A stretch of DNA of 37,742 bases from Octopus sinensis (lineage: Eukaryota). The position numbers and the translations under genes were made by a program. This document shows positions 1 through 10,380 of the stretch, piece after piece. A model generated the notes under the pieces. The model was given only the letters and a program-made list of their open reading frames with translations, was not told the DNA's origin and did no database searches. The stretch lies in NCBI RefSeq assembly GCF_006345805.1, contig NW_021835777.1:1-37742 (forward strand). The letters run 5' to 3'. Position 1 is the first letter of the stretch, and every line of letters starts with the position of its first letter.

Positions 1-76
1 CAGGTGCCATGCAGTGGGACTGAACCCGGAACCATGTGGTTGGTAAAAAGCTACTTACCACACAGCCACTCCTGCG

Positions 77-79
<3 letters not shown>
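1..79 (-). mobile_element. tRNA-derived SINE head (family A), partial at window edge
   Basis: Matches the ~163-bp module repeated throughout the window; reverse complement begins AGGCGCAGGAGTGGCTGTGTGG (A-box-like) and contains GGTTCAGTCCC (B-box-like). Confidence 0.85.
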
Positions 80-163
<84 letters not shown>

Positions 164-439
164 GATGTGTATTTAGTGTTAGGCCACGCTCTCATACTCT
201 GATATCCTTAATAACCAAAGTGGGAGGAATGGGGGCGATCTGGTGCTGCTGGTTCGTGTTTCAAGGAAATGGAATGATAGAAAGTGATGCGTACAATGAT
301 ACGGTATCTACCTGGCTCCATCTTTCTCAAGACAAGAAATTAAGTAATCTACCCTAAATCATATTATTTCATTCATTATAACACACACATATCAGTTATG
401 TAGAAGCATATATATTGCATATATATATATATATATATA

Positions 440-470
<31 letters not shown>

Positions 471-488
471 CGTATATGTATATATATA

Positions 489-534
<46 letters not shown>

Positions 535-567
535 CGTATATGTATATATATATGATATATATATATA

Positions 568-599
<32 letters not shown>

Positions 600-622
600 C
601 GTATATGTATATATATGTATGC

Positions 623-654
<32 letters not shown>

Positions 655-658
655 GATA

Positions 659-698
<40 letters not shown>

Positions 699-750
699 CG
701 TATATGTATATATATATGCATATATATATATATATATATATATATCTATA
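79..750. repeat. (TA)n-rich microsatellite tracts with interspersed palindromic CATATACGTATATG units; includes a unique ~200-bp island at ~165-375
   Basis: Direct reading of the sequence. Confidence 0.9.
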
Positions 751-1334
751 CGGTATATATGTTTTATATTTTTTATATGCCTATATTTTTATATTCCTAT
801 ATATTTTTATTATTACTTATATTATATTTTACTTTCTACGTCTTTTATAAATGTGTTCTCTTTGAATCGCTAAAATATTAATTCTAAATTTTTAATGATA
901 AGAATTTTTCTCGCACCATACCATATTATTATTATTACGTGCTGTACATATGAATTTTGTTCCATCTTGCGGGTTATATGTTTATTCTATAAATAAATGT
1001 TCGAATTATGAAATGACATGCGGTTGACTTTGTATTTGCTTGTTCAATGATTTTAGTTTGATATTTTTGTCTCTTCCAATAGAGCACTTCTATTGCAGTC
1101 CTATTAAACCATTTTTTGTTCCTGACAAGAAACAATTATTGTATCGATATATATATATACGTATATGTATATATATATATATATGTGTATATGTATATAT
1201 GCATATATATATATGTATGCATATATATATATATATATATATATGCATACATATATATATATATATGTATGCATATATATATGTATATATTGTATATATA
1301 GACATGTGTATATATATACATGTATATATATATT

Positions 1335-2332
1335 GTATGCGTGTGTACGAACAGCCATGCTACATGGCAGTGAAACATGGGCCGTGACTGCTGAGGATAT
1401 GCGTAAGCTCGCTAGAAATGAAGCCAGTATGCTCCGATGGATCTGTAATGCCGGTACTCACACTCGGCAGAGTGTAAGTACTTGAGAAAAAGCTGGACCT
1501 AAGAAGCATCGTTGTGGTGTGCAAGAGAGACGTTGTGCTGGTATGGTCATGTGGTGAGAATGGATGAAGATAGTTGTGTGAAAAAGTGCCACACCCTAGC
1601 GGTTGAGGGAACCTGTGGAAGAGGCAGACCCAGAAAACCTGGGACGAGGTGGTGAAGCACGACCTTCGAACTTTAGGTCTCACTGAGGAAATGACTAGAG
1701 ACCGAGACCTCTGGAAGTGTGCTGTGCGCGAGAAGACCCGCAGGACAAGTGAGTCACAACCCGTGGCCTTCTACATGGGATGGAGCCAGCCTACGTATGC
1801 ATACCTCCCTTCTTGGGACACAAAACTCTACTTGTGAAGACGTGTTGAGGCAAGTGAGGATCAGAATCGAAATCGATCAATGGAAATTGCGGATTGTGCT
1901 ACCAGTGCCGGTGGCATGTCGAAACTCTGCTTGTGAAGACCCTATGAGGCAAGTGAGGATCAGAATCGAAATCGATCAATGGAAATCGATCAATGGAAAT
2001 TGCAGATGTTTTACCAGTGCCGGTAGCATGTAAGAGAACTTTCCGTTTCGTGTCCGTTGCCAGCCTTGCCTGGCCCTCGTGCCGGTGGCACATAAAAAGC
2101 ACCATCCGTTCGTGGCCGTTTGCCAGCTCTGTCTGGCACCAGTGCGGGTGGCACGTAAAAAGCACCCACTACACTCACGAGTGGTTGGCGTTAGGAAGGG
2201 CCATCCACCGTAGAAACACTGCCAGATTTGACTGGGCCTGATGAAGCCTTCTGGCTTCACAGACCCCAGTAGAACCATCCAACCCATGCTAGCATGGAAA
2301 ACGGACGCTAAATGATGATGATGATGATGATG
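1335..2332 (+). mobile_element. 5'-truncated RTE-clade LINE: frameshifted ORF C-terminus, 3' UTR and (TGA)n tail
   Basis: Translation across frameshifts gives [14 protein letters not shown]...NEASMLRW...WYGHVVRM...GRGRPRKTWDEVVKHDLRTLGL...RDRDLWK, the typical post-RT C-terminus of RTE elements. It ends in the palindrome CCATGCTAGCATGG followed by (TGA)n. Confidence 0.9.
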
Positions 2333-2389
2333 TTGCATATATATATGTATATATATACATGCATATATATATGTATATAGATACATGTG

Positions 2390-2438
<49 letters not shown>

Positions 2439-2710
2439 GTATACATATATGTATGTATATACATAAGCGTATATATGTGTGTGTGTGTGTAATATATATA
2501 TATATGTATATATATATACATATGTATGTATATATATATATATGTATGAATATGTATGTATTTATATATTATGTATGTGTATATATACATATGTATTTAT
2601 TTATATATGTAAAGGTATATATATATATATATCAATCTCTTATGATTCACCAGAAATGATAAATTACAAAGCTCAATACAAATGTAGGCCATTCTTTAAT
2701 ACATTATGAG

Positions 2711-2971
2711 ATGAGCGGTTGTCAGAAAAGTTCAAGATATTCTCATGAAAAGCAACGAAATGAGCTTTATTTTTCAATAATGTAGTCCGTCTTGTGATCC
2801 ACACCCTTCATCCATCGGCGTTGCAGAGCTTGGATCCCATTTAGGAAGAAGCTTCCATCCTATTGGGTCAAACAAAATTCATCAACAGCAGATAGGAAGT
2901 CATCATCACTATGTAATACAGGTTCCCAGCCAAGGGGTTTTTCATGATGGGGAACAGATGATAGTCAGATG
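2711..2971 (-). pseudogene. mariner-family (DD34D) transposase C-terminal relic with degenerate terminal inverted repeat
   Basis: Minus strand reads SDYHLFPIMKNPLAG, then after a frameshift SDDDFLSAVDEF...FFLNGIQALQRRWMKGVDHKTDYIIEK* (stop at 2767-2769). A TIR-like ATGAGCGGTTGTCAGAAAAGTT lies at 2711. Confidence 0.88.
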
Positions 2972-2972
2972 C

Positions 2973-3370
2973 TCTTTATTCTTTTACTTGTTTCAGTCAT
3001 TTGACTGCGGCCATGCTGGAGCACCACCTTTAGTCAAGCAAATCGACCCCGGGACTTATTCTTTGTAAGCCCAGTACTTATTCTATCGGTCTCTGTTTTG
3101 CCGAACCGCTAAGTAACGGAGGCGTAAACACACCAGCATCGGTTGTCAGGCAACGCTAGGAAGACAAACACAGACACACAAACACACATATATATATATA
3201 TACATATATACGACGGGCTTCTTTCAGTTTCCGTCTACCAAATCCACTCACAAGGTATTGGTTGGCCCAGGGCTATAGCAGAAGACACTTGCCCAAGATG
3301 CCACGCAGTGGGACTGAACCCGGAACCATGTGGTTGGTTAGCAAGCTACTTACCACACAGCCACTCCTGC
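2973..3370 (-). mobile_element. Full-length family A SINE (tRNA head + CORE-like segment + internal TA/CA microsatellite + 3' tail)
   Basis: Same architecture as the plus-strand copy at 14966-15378. GGCACCTTGGGCAAGTGTCTT resembles the CORE domain. It resembles the octopus OR-type SINEs, but this name is from memory and not verified. Confidence 0.85.
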
Positions 3371-3378
3371 ATATATAT

Positions 3379-3607
3379 ATTTCTTTACTACCCACAAGGG
3401 GCTAAACACAGAGGGGACAAACAAGGACAGACAAAGCGATTAAGTCGATTCCATCGACCCCAGTGCGTAACGGGTACTTAATTTGTCGACCCCGAAAGGA
3501 TGGAAAGGCAAAGTCAACCTCGGCGAATTTGAACTCAGAACGTAACGGCAGACGAAATACAGCTACGCATTTCGCCCGGCGTGCTACCGTTTCTGCCAGC
3601 TCGCCGC
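3379..3607 (-). mobile_element. Second tRNA-derived SINE family (family B)
   Basis: Reverse complement starts GCGGCGAGCTGGCAGAAACGG (A-box-like), contains GAGTTCAAATTC (B-box-like) and GACTTTGCCTTTCCATCCTTTCGGGGTCGA, and ends in a GTAAAGAAAT-type tail. Confidence 0.7.
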
Positions 3608-3630
3608 ATATATATACATATATACATACA

Positions 3631-3794
3631 CGACAGGCTTCTTTCAGTTTCCGTCAACCAAATCCACTCACAAGGCATTGGTCGGCCCGGGGCTATAGCA
3701 GAAGACACTTGCCCAAGATGCCATGCAGTGGGACTGAACCCGGAACCATGTGGTTGGTAAGCAAGCTACTTACCACACAGCCACTCCTGCACCT
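3631..3794 (-). mobile_element. Family A SINE head module only
   Basis: Near-identical to 3211-3370. Confidence 0.85.
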
Positions 3795-3796
3795 GT

Positions 3797-4134
3797 ATAG
3801 TCAATAAACACAATATCTTTTGCATCCCAAAACACTGAGGCCATCACTTTCTCTGCTGATGAAACACCACTGACCTTTGAAGCAGGTGAGGAGGGGATTT
3901 TTCACTGCATGGGTTGTCTCTCTGTCTCTTGCTCATTGTGGCTTAGGAAACCTGCTGGGCCTGCCTCATACAACGTCAAATTTTTCCCATGATGTGATCA
4001 GTCTTGTGCACTTTTGATCAGGTGGCAGCCACCAAGCAGAGACCTTTTTGATGCCAAATTCATTGTGCAGAATATTCCAAACTCTCTCACGGGGATATGA
4101 AAATAGCTGGGACTATTTGATTTATAGTCAATCG
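3797..4134 (-). pseudogene. mariner transposase relic, middle part (probably the same element as 2711-2971)
   Basis: Minus strand, with frameshifts and stops: TINQIV...ERVWNILHNEFGIKKVSAWWLP (WVPHEL-motif region)...SSAEKVMASVFWDAKDIVFIDY. Confidence 0.85.
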
Positions 4135-4224
4135 TGTATATATGTGTATAAACACCCACATGCTTATTCCTGTGTGTATGTGTGTGTATATATATATATT
4201 TACACACACAGCTATGTATATCCA

Positions 4225-4450
4225 TCCATCTATCTCTCTATTTATCTATCTATCTATCCATCTATCTATCTATCTGTCTCTCTGTCTATCTATCTATCTC
4301 TCTCTCTAGCTCTCTCTCTCTCTCTCTCTCTATCTATCTGTCTGTCTGTCTATCCTAATCTATCTATCTATCTATCTATATGTACCTATCTATCTATCTA
4401 TTTATCTACCTACCTACCTATCTATCCATCTATCTGTCTGTCTATCCTAA

Positions 4451-4491
<41 letters not shown>

Positions 4492-4518
4492 CTGTCTCTC
4501 TGTCTATCTCTCTGTCTA

Positions 4519-4552
<34 letters not shown>

Positions 4553-4730
4553 TCTATCTATCTATCCATCTATCTGTCTGTCTGTCTATCCATCTATCTG
4601 TCTGTCTGTCTATCCTAATCTATCTATCTATCTATCTATATGTACCTATCTATCTATCTATTTATCTATCTATCTATTTATCTACCTACCTACCTATCTA
4701 TCCATCTATCTGTCTGTCTATCCTAATCTA

Positions 4731-4766
<36 letters not shown>

Positions 4767-4938
4767 CATCTATCTGTCTGTCTGTCTATCCATCTATCTG
4801 TCTGTCTGTCTATCCTAATCTATCTATCTATCTATCTATCTATCTATATGTACCTATCTATCTATCTATTTATCTATCTATCTATTTATCTACCTAGCTA
4901 CCTATCTATCCATCTATCTGTCTGTCTATCCTAATCTA

Positions 4939-4975
<37 letters not shown>

Positions 4976-5005
4976 CCAACTATCTGTCTATCTGTCTATC
5001 CTTAT

Positions 5006-5039
<34 letters not shown>

Positions 5040-5075
5040 CTATCTATATGTACCTATCTATCAACTGTATTTATC
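4225..5075. repeat. Compound (TATC)n/(TC)n/(TGTC)n microsatellite with internally duplicated blocks
   Basis: Direct reading; the block TATCCTAATCTATC...TATATGTACCTATC recurs about three times. Confidence 0.9.
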
Positions 5076-5574
5076 TACATGCCTATCTATTTATGAATAT
5101 AATTGTTTATGTGCCTTTGTTGGTGAGTGGGAACAAGTGTGGTGGTGGGGCTGATGGGGGGGAGGAAGGGATGAAGAATGAGAGCTTTCTCTCCCCACCA
5201 TTCCATGCCCACACTAAGCATCACACACACACACACGCATACACACACGCACACACACACACGCACACACACGCATACACACACACACACACACAACACA
5301 CACACACACATACACACGCACACACACATACAGGTATGCCACAGGCATATCTTAAAAATTTGCACACATCACCAAATGTAACAACACCCCCCCCTGAACT
5401 CCTCGTTCGGCGTGGCCTGCCCCCTCCCCTGCCCCCCTCTCCGACACTCCATCCTCGCCCCTCCCCAAACCCCCCACTGTTCCATAACACATCGTCCTTC
5501 TCGAGCAGTTGCTATATCTAGGCTTAGAGCGAAACGTGTGAGTACTTTTAGCTGGCAGACTTCCAGTCGGCGGA

Positions 5575-6350
5575 GGTGGTCGTGGTGAAGGCATATATTA
5601 GGGATGGTGGCGGTGGTGACGGTGGTTGTGGTGGTTACAAATATTGGGGATGGTGGTGATGGTGGTGGCGAAGGCATATATTAGGGATGGTGGTGGTGGT
5701 GACGGTGGTTGTAGTGGTGATGATGGTAGTGGTATCAATGGTGGTGGTGGTGGCGATGGCATATATTGGGGGTGGGTGGTGGTTGTGGTATCAATGGTGG
5801 TGGTCGTGGTGGTGGTCGTGGTGATGGCAAATATTGGGGGTGGGTGGTGGTATCAATGGTGATGGTGGTGTGGTAGTGATAATGGTGGTGGTCATGGTGA
5901 TGATGGTAGTGGAATCAATGGTGGTGGTCGTGGCGATGGCAAATATTGGGGGGGGGGTGGTGGTTGTGGTAGTGGTGATGATGGTAGTGGAATCAATGGT
6001 GGTGGTCGTGGCGATGGCAAATATTGGGAGTGGGTGGTGGTTGTGGTAGTGGTGATGGTGGTTGTGAGTGGTGATGATGGTAGTGGAATCAATGGTGGTG
6101 GTCGTGGTGATGGCATATATTGGGGAGGGTGTTGTTCTAGTTGTTGTCATTGGCAGTGCTAGGTGGTGGTGGCGGTAATGGTGGTGGTGTGTTGGTGACG
6201 TTAGTCTTGTTGTTGTCATTAGTAGTGTTAATTAGTAGTAGTGGGTGGTGGTGTGGTGGTGGTATTTGGTAGCTCTCCTGAGTGGTGGTCATGTTTGGTG
6301 ATGGTGGTGGTTGTGGTGGTGGTGTTAATGGTGGTGGTGGTTGTGGTGGT
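5575..6350. repeat. (GGT)n-based degenerate minisatellite
   Basis: Recurring markers ATATTGGG and ATCAATGG within GGT/GAT triplets. Confidence 0.85.
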
Positions 6351-6353
6351 ATC

Positions 6354-6384
<31 letters not shown>

Positions 6385-6420
6385 CCCACGATCCCTATTG
6401 ATCGTTTTCTTTTTCCTTTC

Positions 6421-7030
6421 CCTTTTACGAACCTTTTTGATCGAAAACCTACCCCACTTTCTTTATTTTTTCTCTCCCCAAAAAGGAAAAGCTCTACTTT
6501 GTAATCTGTCCCATCTGTGTGCAGCCCTGTGTGGCTAATAAAGAAACATATCTACATATCCATCCATCACTCTCTCCCTATCTATCAATCCATTCATCCA
6601 TCCATCCATCCCTCTAACCCCCTCTCTACCTACCTACCTATCTACCTATCTACCTACCTACCTACCTATCTATCCATCCCTCTAACCCCCTCTCTACCTA
6701 CCTATCTACCTATCTACCTACCTACCTACCTATCTATCCATCCCTCTAACCCCCTCTCTACCTACCTATCTACCTACCTACCTACCTATCTATCAATCCC
6801 TCTAACCCCCTCTCTACCTACCCCTCTTTTTTCATATTTCTTTTCTTTTCTTCCATTTCCTTTTTTTGTTCTTTTTTTCCCTTTTACGATCCCTTTTGAT
6901 CGAAAACCTATGCCACCCCTTTTTTTTGTTTCTTTTGTTTTTTTATTTTTTCATCCCCCAAAAGAAAAGCTCTACCTTGTAACTTGTCCCATCTGTGTGC
7001 AGCCCTATGTGGCCAATAAAGAAACTTACC
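6421..7030 (+). repeat. Two diverged copies (6421-6550, 6881-7030) of a SINE-tail-like segment separated by a (TACC)n/CTAACCCC minisatellite
   Basis: Both read ...GCTCTAC(T/C)TTGTAA..TGTCCCATCTGTGTGCAGCCCT.TGTGGC.AATAAAGAAAC, similar to the family B tail at 3379-3430 (reverse complement). Confidence 0.6.
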
Positions 7031-7042
7031 TACCTATCTATC

Positions 7043-7073
<31 letters not shown>

Positions 7074-7164
7074 CTATTATCTATCTATCTACCTACCTAT
7101 CTATCTATCTATCCATCCATCTATCTATCTATCTACCTACCTACCTACCTTCCTACCTACCTAC

Positions 7165-7195
<31 letters not shown>

Positions 7196-7380
7196 CCTAC
7201 CTACCTTCCTACCTACCTATCTATCTATCTATCTATTTACCTACCTACATATCTACCTACCTACCTACCTACCTACCTACCTATCTATCTATCTATCTAT
7301 CCATCCATCTATCTATCTATCTACCTACCTACCTACCTACCTACCTATCTATCTATCCATCACTCTCTATATACCTATCT
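7030..7380. repeat. (TATC)n/(TACC)n microsatellite
   Basis: Direct reading. Confidence 0.9.
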
Positions 7381-7609
7381 ATGTGTGAGTGTGTGCATAT
7401 GTGTAGTAGATAATCCTTCTTACTTTATGCCATCAAAGACATTTCGGTGAAGGCATTTCTTCTATAATCATCTGCAACTCACCTTCACGAAGACGAATTC
7501 CAGCATTTCTTATTCTAGAAACCATCTATTTGTCTCCAGCCTGTCAACACATCTATCTACTAACATGTGTTCATTGCTCACTTATCTCTTATATATATAT
7601 ATATATATG

Positions 7610-7650
<41 letters not shown>

Positions 7651-7893
7651 CACGTAAAAGCACCATCCGTTCGTGGCCGTTTGCCAGCTCCGTCAAGCAC
7701 CTGTGCAGGTGGCACGTAAAAAAGCACCCACTACACTCACAGAGTGGTTGGCGTTAGGAAGGGCATCCAGCCGTAGAAACCCTGCCAGATCAGACTGGGC
7801 CTGAGGCAGCCCTCTGGCTTCACAGACCCCAGTTGAACCGTCCAACCCATGCTAGCATGGAAAGCGGACGCTAAGTGATGATGATGATGATGA
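7651..7893 (+). mobile_element. RTE LINE 3'-UTR fragment with (TGA)n tail
   Basis: Matches 2090-2332. Confidence 0.85.
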
Positions 7894-8170
7894 TATATAT
7901 ATTATATGTATATATATGTATGTATATATATATATATATATATATATTGTATATATATGTATGTATATATATATATATATATATATACATATATATACAT
8001 ATATATACATACATATACATACATATATATATATTTACAGAAACACACACACATATACATATACACACACATATATACATTCTGTTACTGTTACACACAC
8101 ACGTTATTGTTAGACACACAACTCTATCATCACACACACACAGTCTTATACTGTCACATACACACACGGC

Positions 8171-8384
8171 ACACTCCGTTGGTTACGACGACGAGGGTTC
8201 CAGTTGATCCGATCAACGGAACAAGCCTGCTCATGAAATTAACGTGCAACTGGCTGAGTACTCCACAGACGCATGCACCCTTAACGTAGTTTTTAGGGAG
8301 ATTTCAAGCGTGACACAGAATGTGACAAGGCTTGGCCCTTGTGAATTACAGGTATGACTCATTTTTGCCAGCTGAGTGGACTGG
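8171..8384 (-). mobile_element. Probable SINE/LINE-type interspersed repeat fragment (third family)
   Basis: Minus strand starts CCAGTCCACTCAGCTGGCAAAAATGAGT, resembling conserved SINE central domains. It is single-copy here, so the call is from recognition only. Confidence 0.45.
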
Positions 8385-8574
8385 AAGAAAAAGCGCGGTC
8401 TAAAATTATGCGCCTTCACTAGTCAGTTAAGGTGAGACAGTGTCACGTGACAACTTGCTGGAGCCTAGCGGCAGGTATTTAAAGGGAAAAATTTGACAAG
8501 ACAGTCAGTCACTGGCTGACACTCGCTGACGATACATCAAAGAGGCCAGGGAACAGAAGAAAGAAGACATGCAC

Positions 8575-9022
8575 CCAACACCAGAGCTGAAGACACCTTC
8601 GAAAGGGTGGGCCCCACCACGTCAAAACGGTTGAGGAGTAGGGGCCGAAACCGGACCTGGTTCCTCCTGATGATGTCTTGAGCTAACAGGATCCTATAAA
8701 GGAGCCGTTGTGATAGCAGACCATGAAACATGGTTGAAATTCCTCAGTATATATAAGAGAGGATTCTTTTAGTTTCCATCTACCAAGTTCACCAATCAGG
8801 GGATAAAGTAGAAGGTGCTTGCCTAGGGTGCTAAGCAGTGGGACTGAACCATCCAACACCAGACCTGAAGACACCTCCGAAAGGGTGGGCCCCGCCGTGT
8901 CAAAACGGTAGAGGAGTAGGGGCCGAAACCGGACGTGGTTCCTCCTGATGATGTCTTGAGCTAACTGGATCCTATAAAGGAGCTGTTGTGGTAGCAGTCC
9001 ACGAAACACGGTTGTAATTCCT
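8575..9022 (+). repeat. Two 170-bp direct repeats (8575-8744, 8853-9022; ~92% identical), each with two hammerhead-like cores, separated by a degenerate family A SINE piece
   Basis: Offset is 278 bp with 14 substitutions counted by eye. CTGAAGA...GAAAC and CTGATGA...GAAAC are invariant in both copies. Confidence 0.85.
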
Positions 9023-9189
9023 ACCGTGTAACAACGGGTCGCTGGTTTTCGAACTCCTGATCAAGTGTCGAATATTCTAACCTCTAAGTCAAGCGCCAGC
9101 AGATACCAGCAGACAATTGCATTATTTCATTTGGTTACACATACATACACAGGTCACTGCATACGCACAAACACACTCAAACACAGTCA

Positions 9190-10305
9190 CATATTGTTAC
9201 GTACACACACACACAGAGTTTCATACAGTTATGCAGATACGGACACATACAATTACACACACACACACAAACACACAGTTTCATACAGTTATGCAGACAT
9301 GGACACATACACATGCTCATACAATTACACGCACAAACACAGTTTCATACAGTTATGCAGACATGGACACATACACATGCTCATACAATTACACACACAC
9401 ACAGAGTTTCATACAGTTATGCAGATACGGACACATACAATTACACACACACACACAAACACACAGTTTCATACAGTTATGCAGACATGGACACATACAC
9501 ATGCTCATACAATTACACGCACAAACACAGTTTCATACAGTTATGCAGACATGGACACATACACATGCTCATACAATTACACACACACACAGAGTTTCAT
9601 ACAGTTATGCAGATACGGACACATACAATTACACACACACACACAAACACACAGTTTCATAATTATGCAGACATGGACACATACACAGGCTCATACAATT
9701 ACACACACACACACACAAACACACAGTTTCATACAGTTATGCAGATATGGACACATACACACGCTCATACAATTACATGCACACACAAACACAGTTTCAT
9801 ACAGTTATGCAGACATGGACACATACACACGCTCATACAATTACACGCACACACACAAACACACAGTCTCATACAGTTGTGTGTGCACGGACACAAACAC
9901 ACATACACACACAAACACAATTACGCGCACACACACACAAACACAGTTTCATACAGTTACGCGGGCATGGACACAAACACACACACACCACACACACAAA
10001 CACAGTCTTATACAGTTACACACGTACACACACACGCTCATCCAAACACACAAACACACAAACACACAGCCTCATACAGTTACGTGCACACGGATACACA
10101 CACACACAGTCTCATATAGTTACAGGCACACACACACATGCTCATACAATTACGCACACACACACAAACGCACGGTCTCATACAGTTACGCGGGCACGGA
10201 CACACACACACACAAACACGAACACTGTCTAATACAATTACACGCGTACACACACATGTTCATACAATTATGCACACACACAGTCTCCTACAGTTACGCA
10301 GACAA

Positions 10306-10342
<37 letters not shown>

Positions 10343-10380
10343 GTCTCATACAGTTATGCAGGCACGAACACAAAAACACA
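9190..10380. repeat. CA-rich minisatellite, segment 1 (188-bp higher-order repeat at 9214/9402/9590, decaying toward 10380)
   Basis: Marker CAGAGTTTCATACAG recurs at 188-bp spacing; subunit CAGTTTCATACAGTTATGCAGA(C/T)A(T/C)GGACAC. Confidence 0.9.

Noticed and set aside
5500-5545. Microexon (AG...|GTGAGT) or GCT-TAG-AGC-GAAAC hammerhead stem II
   Set aside because: About 30 nt with no recognisable peptide, and the CTGANGA half of the core is missing.
6600-6820. Telomere-like CTAACCC motifs
   Set aside because: They are single occurrences per ~56-68-bp minisatellite unit, not a (TTAGGG)n tract.
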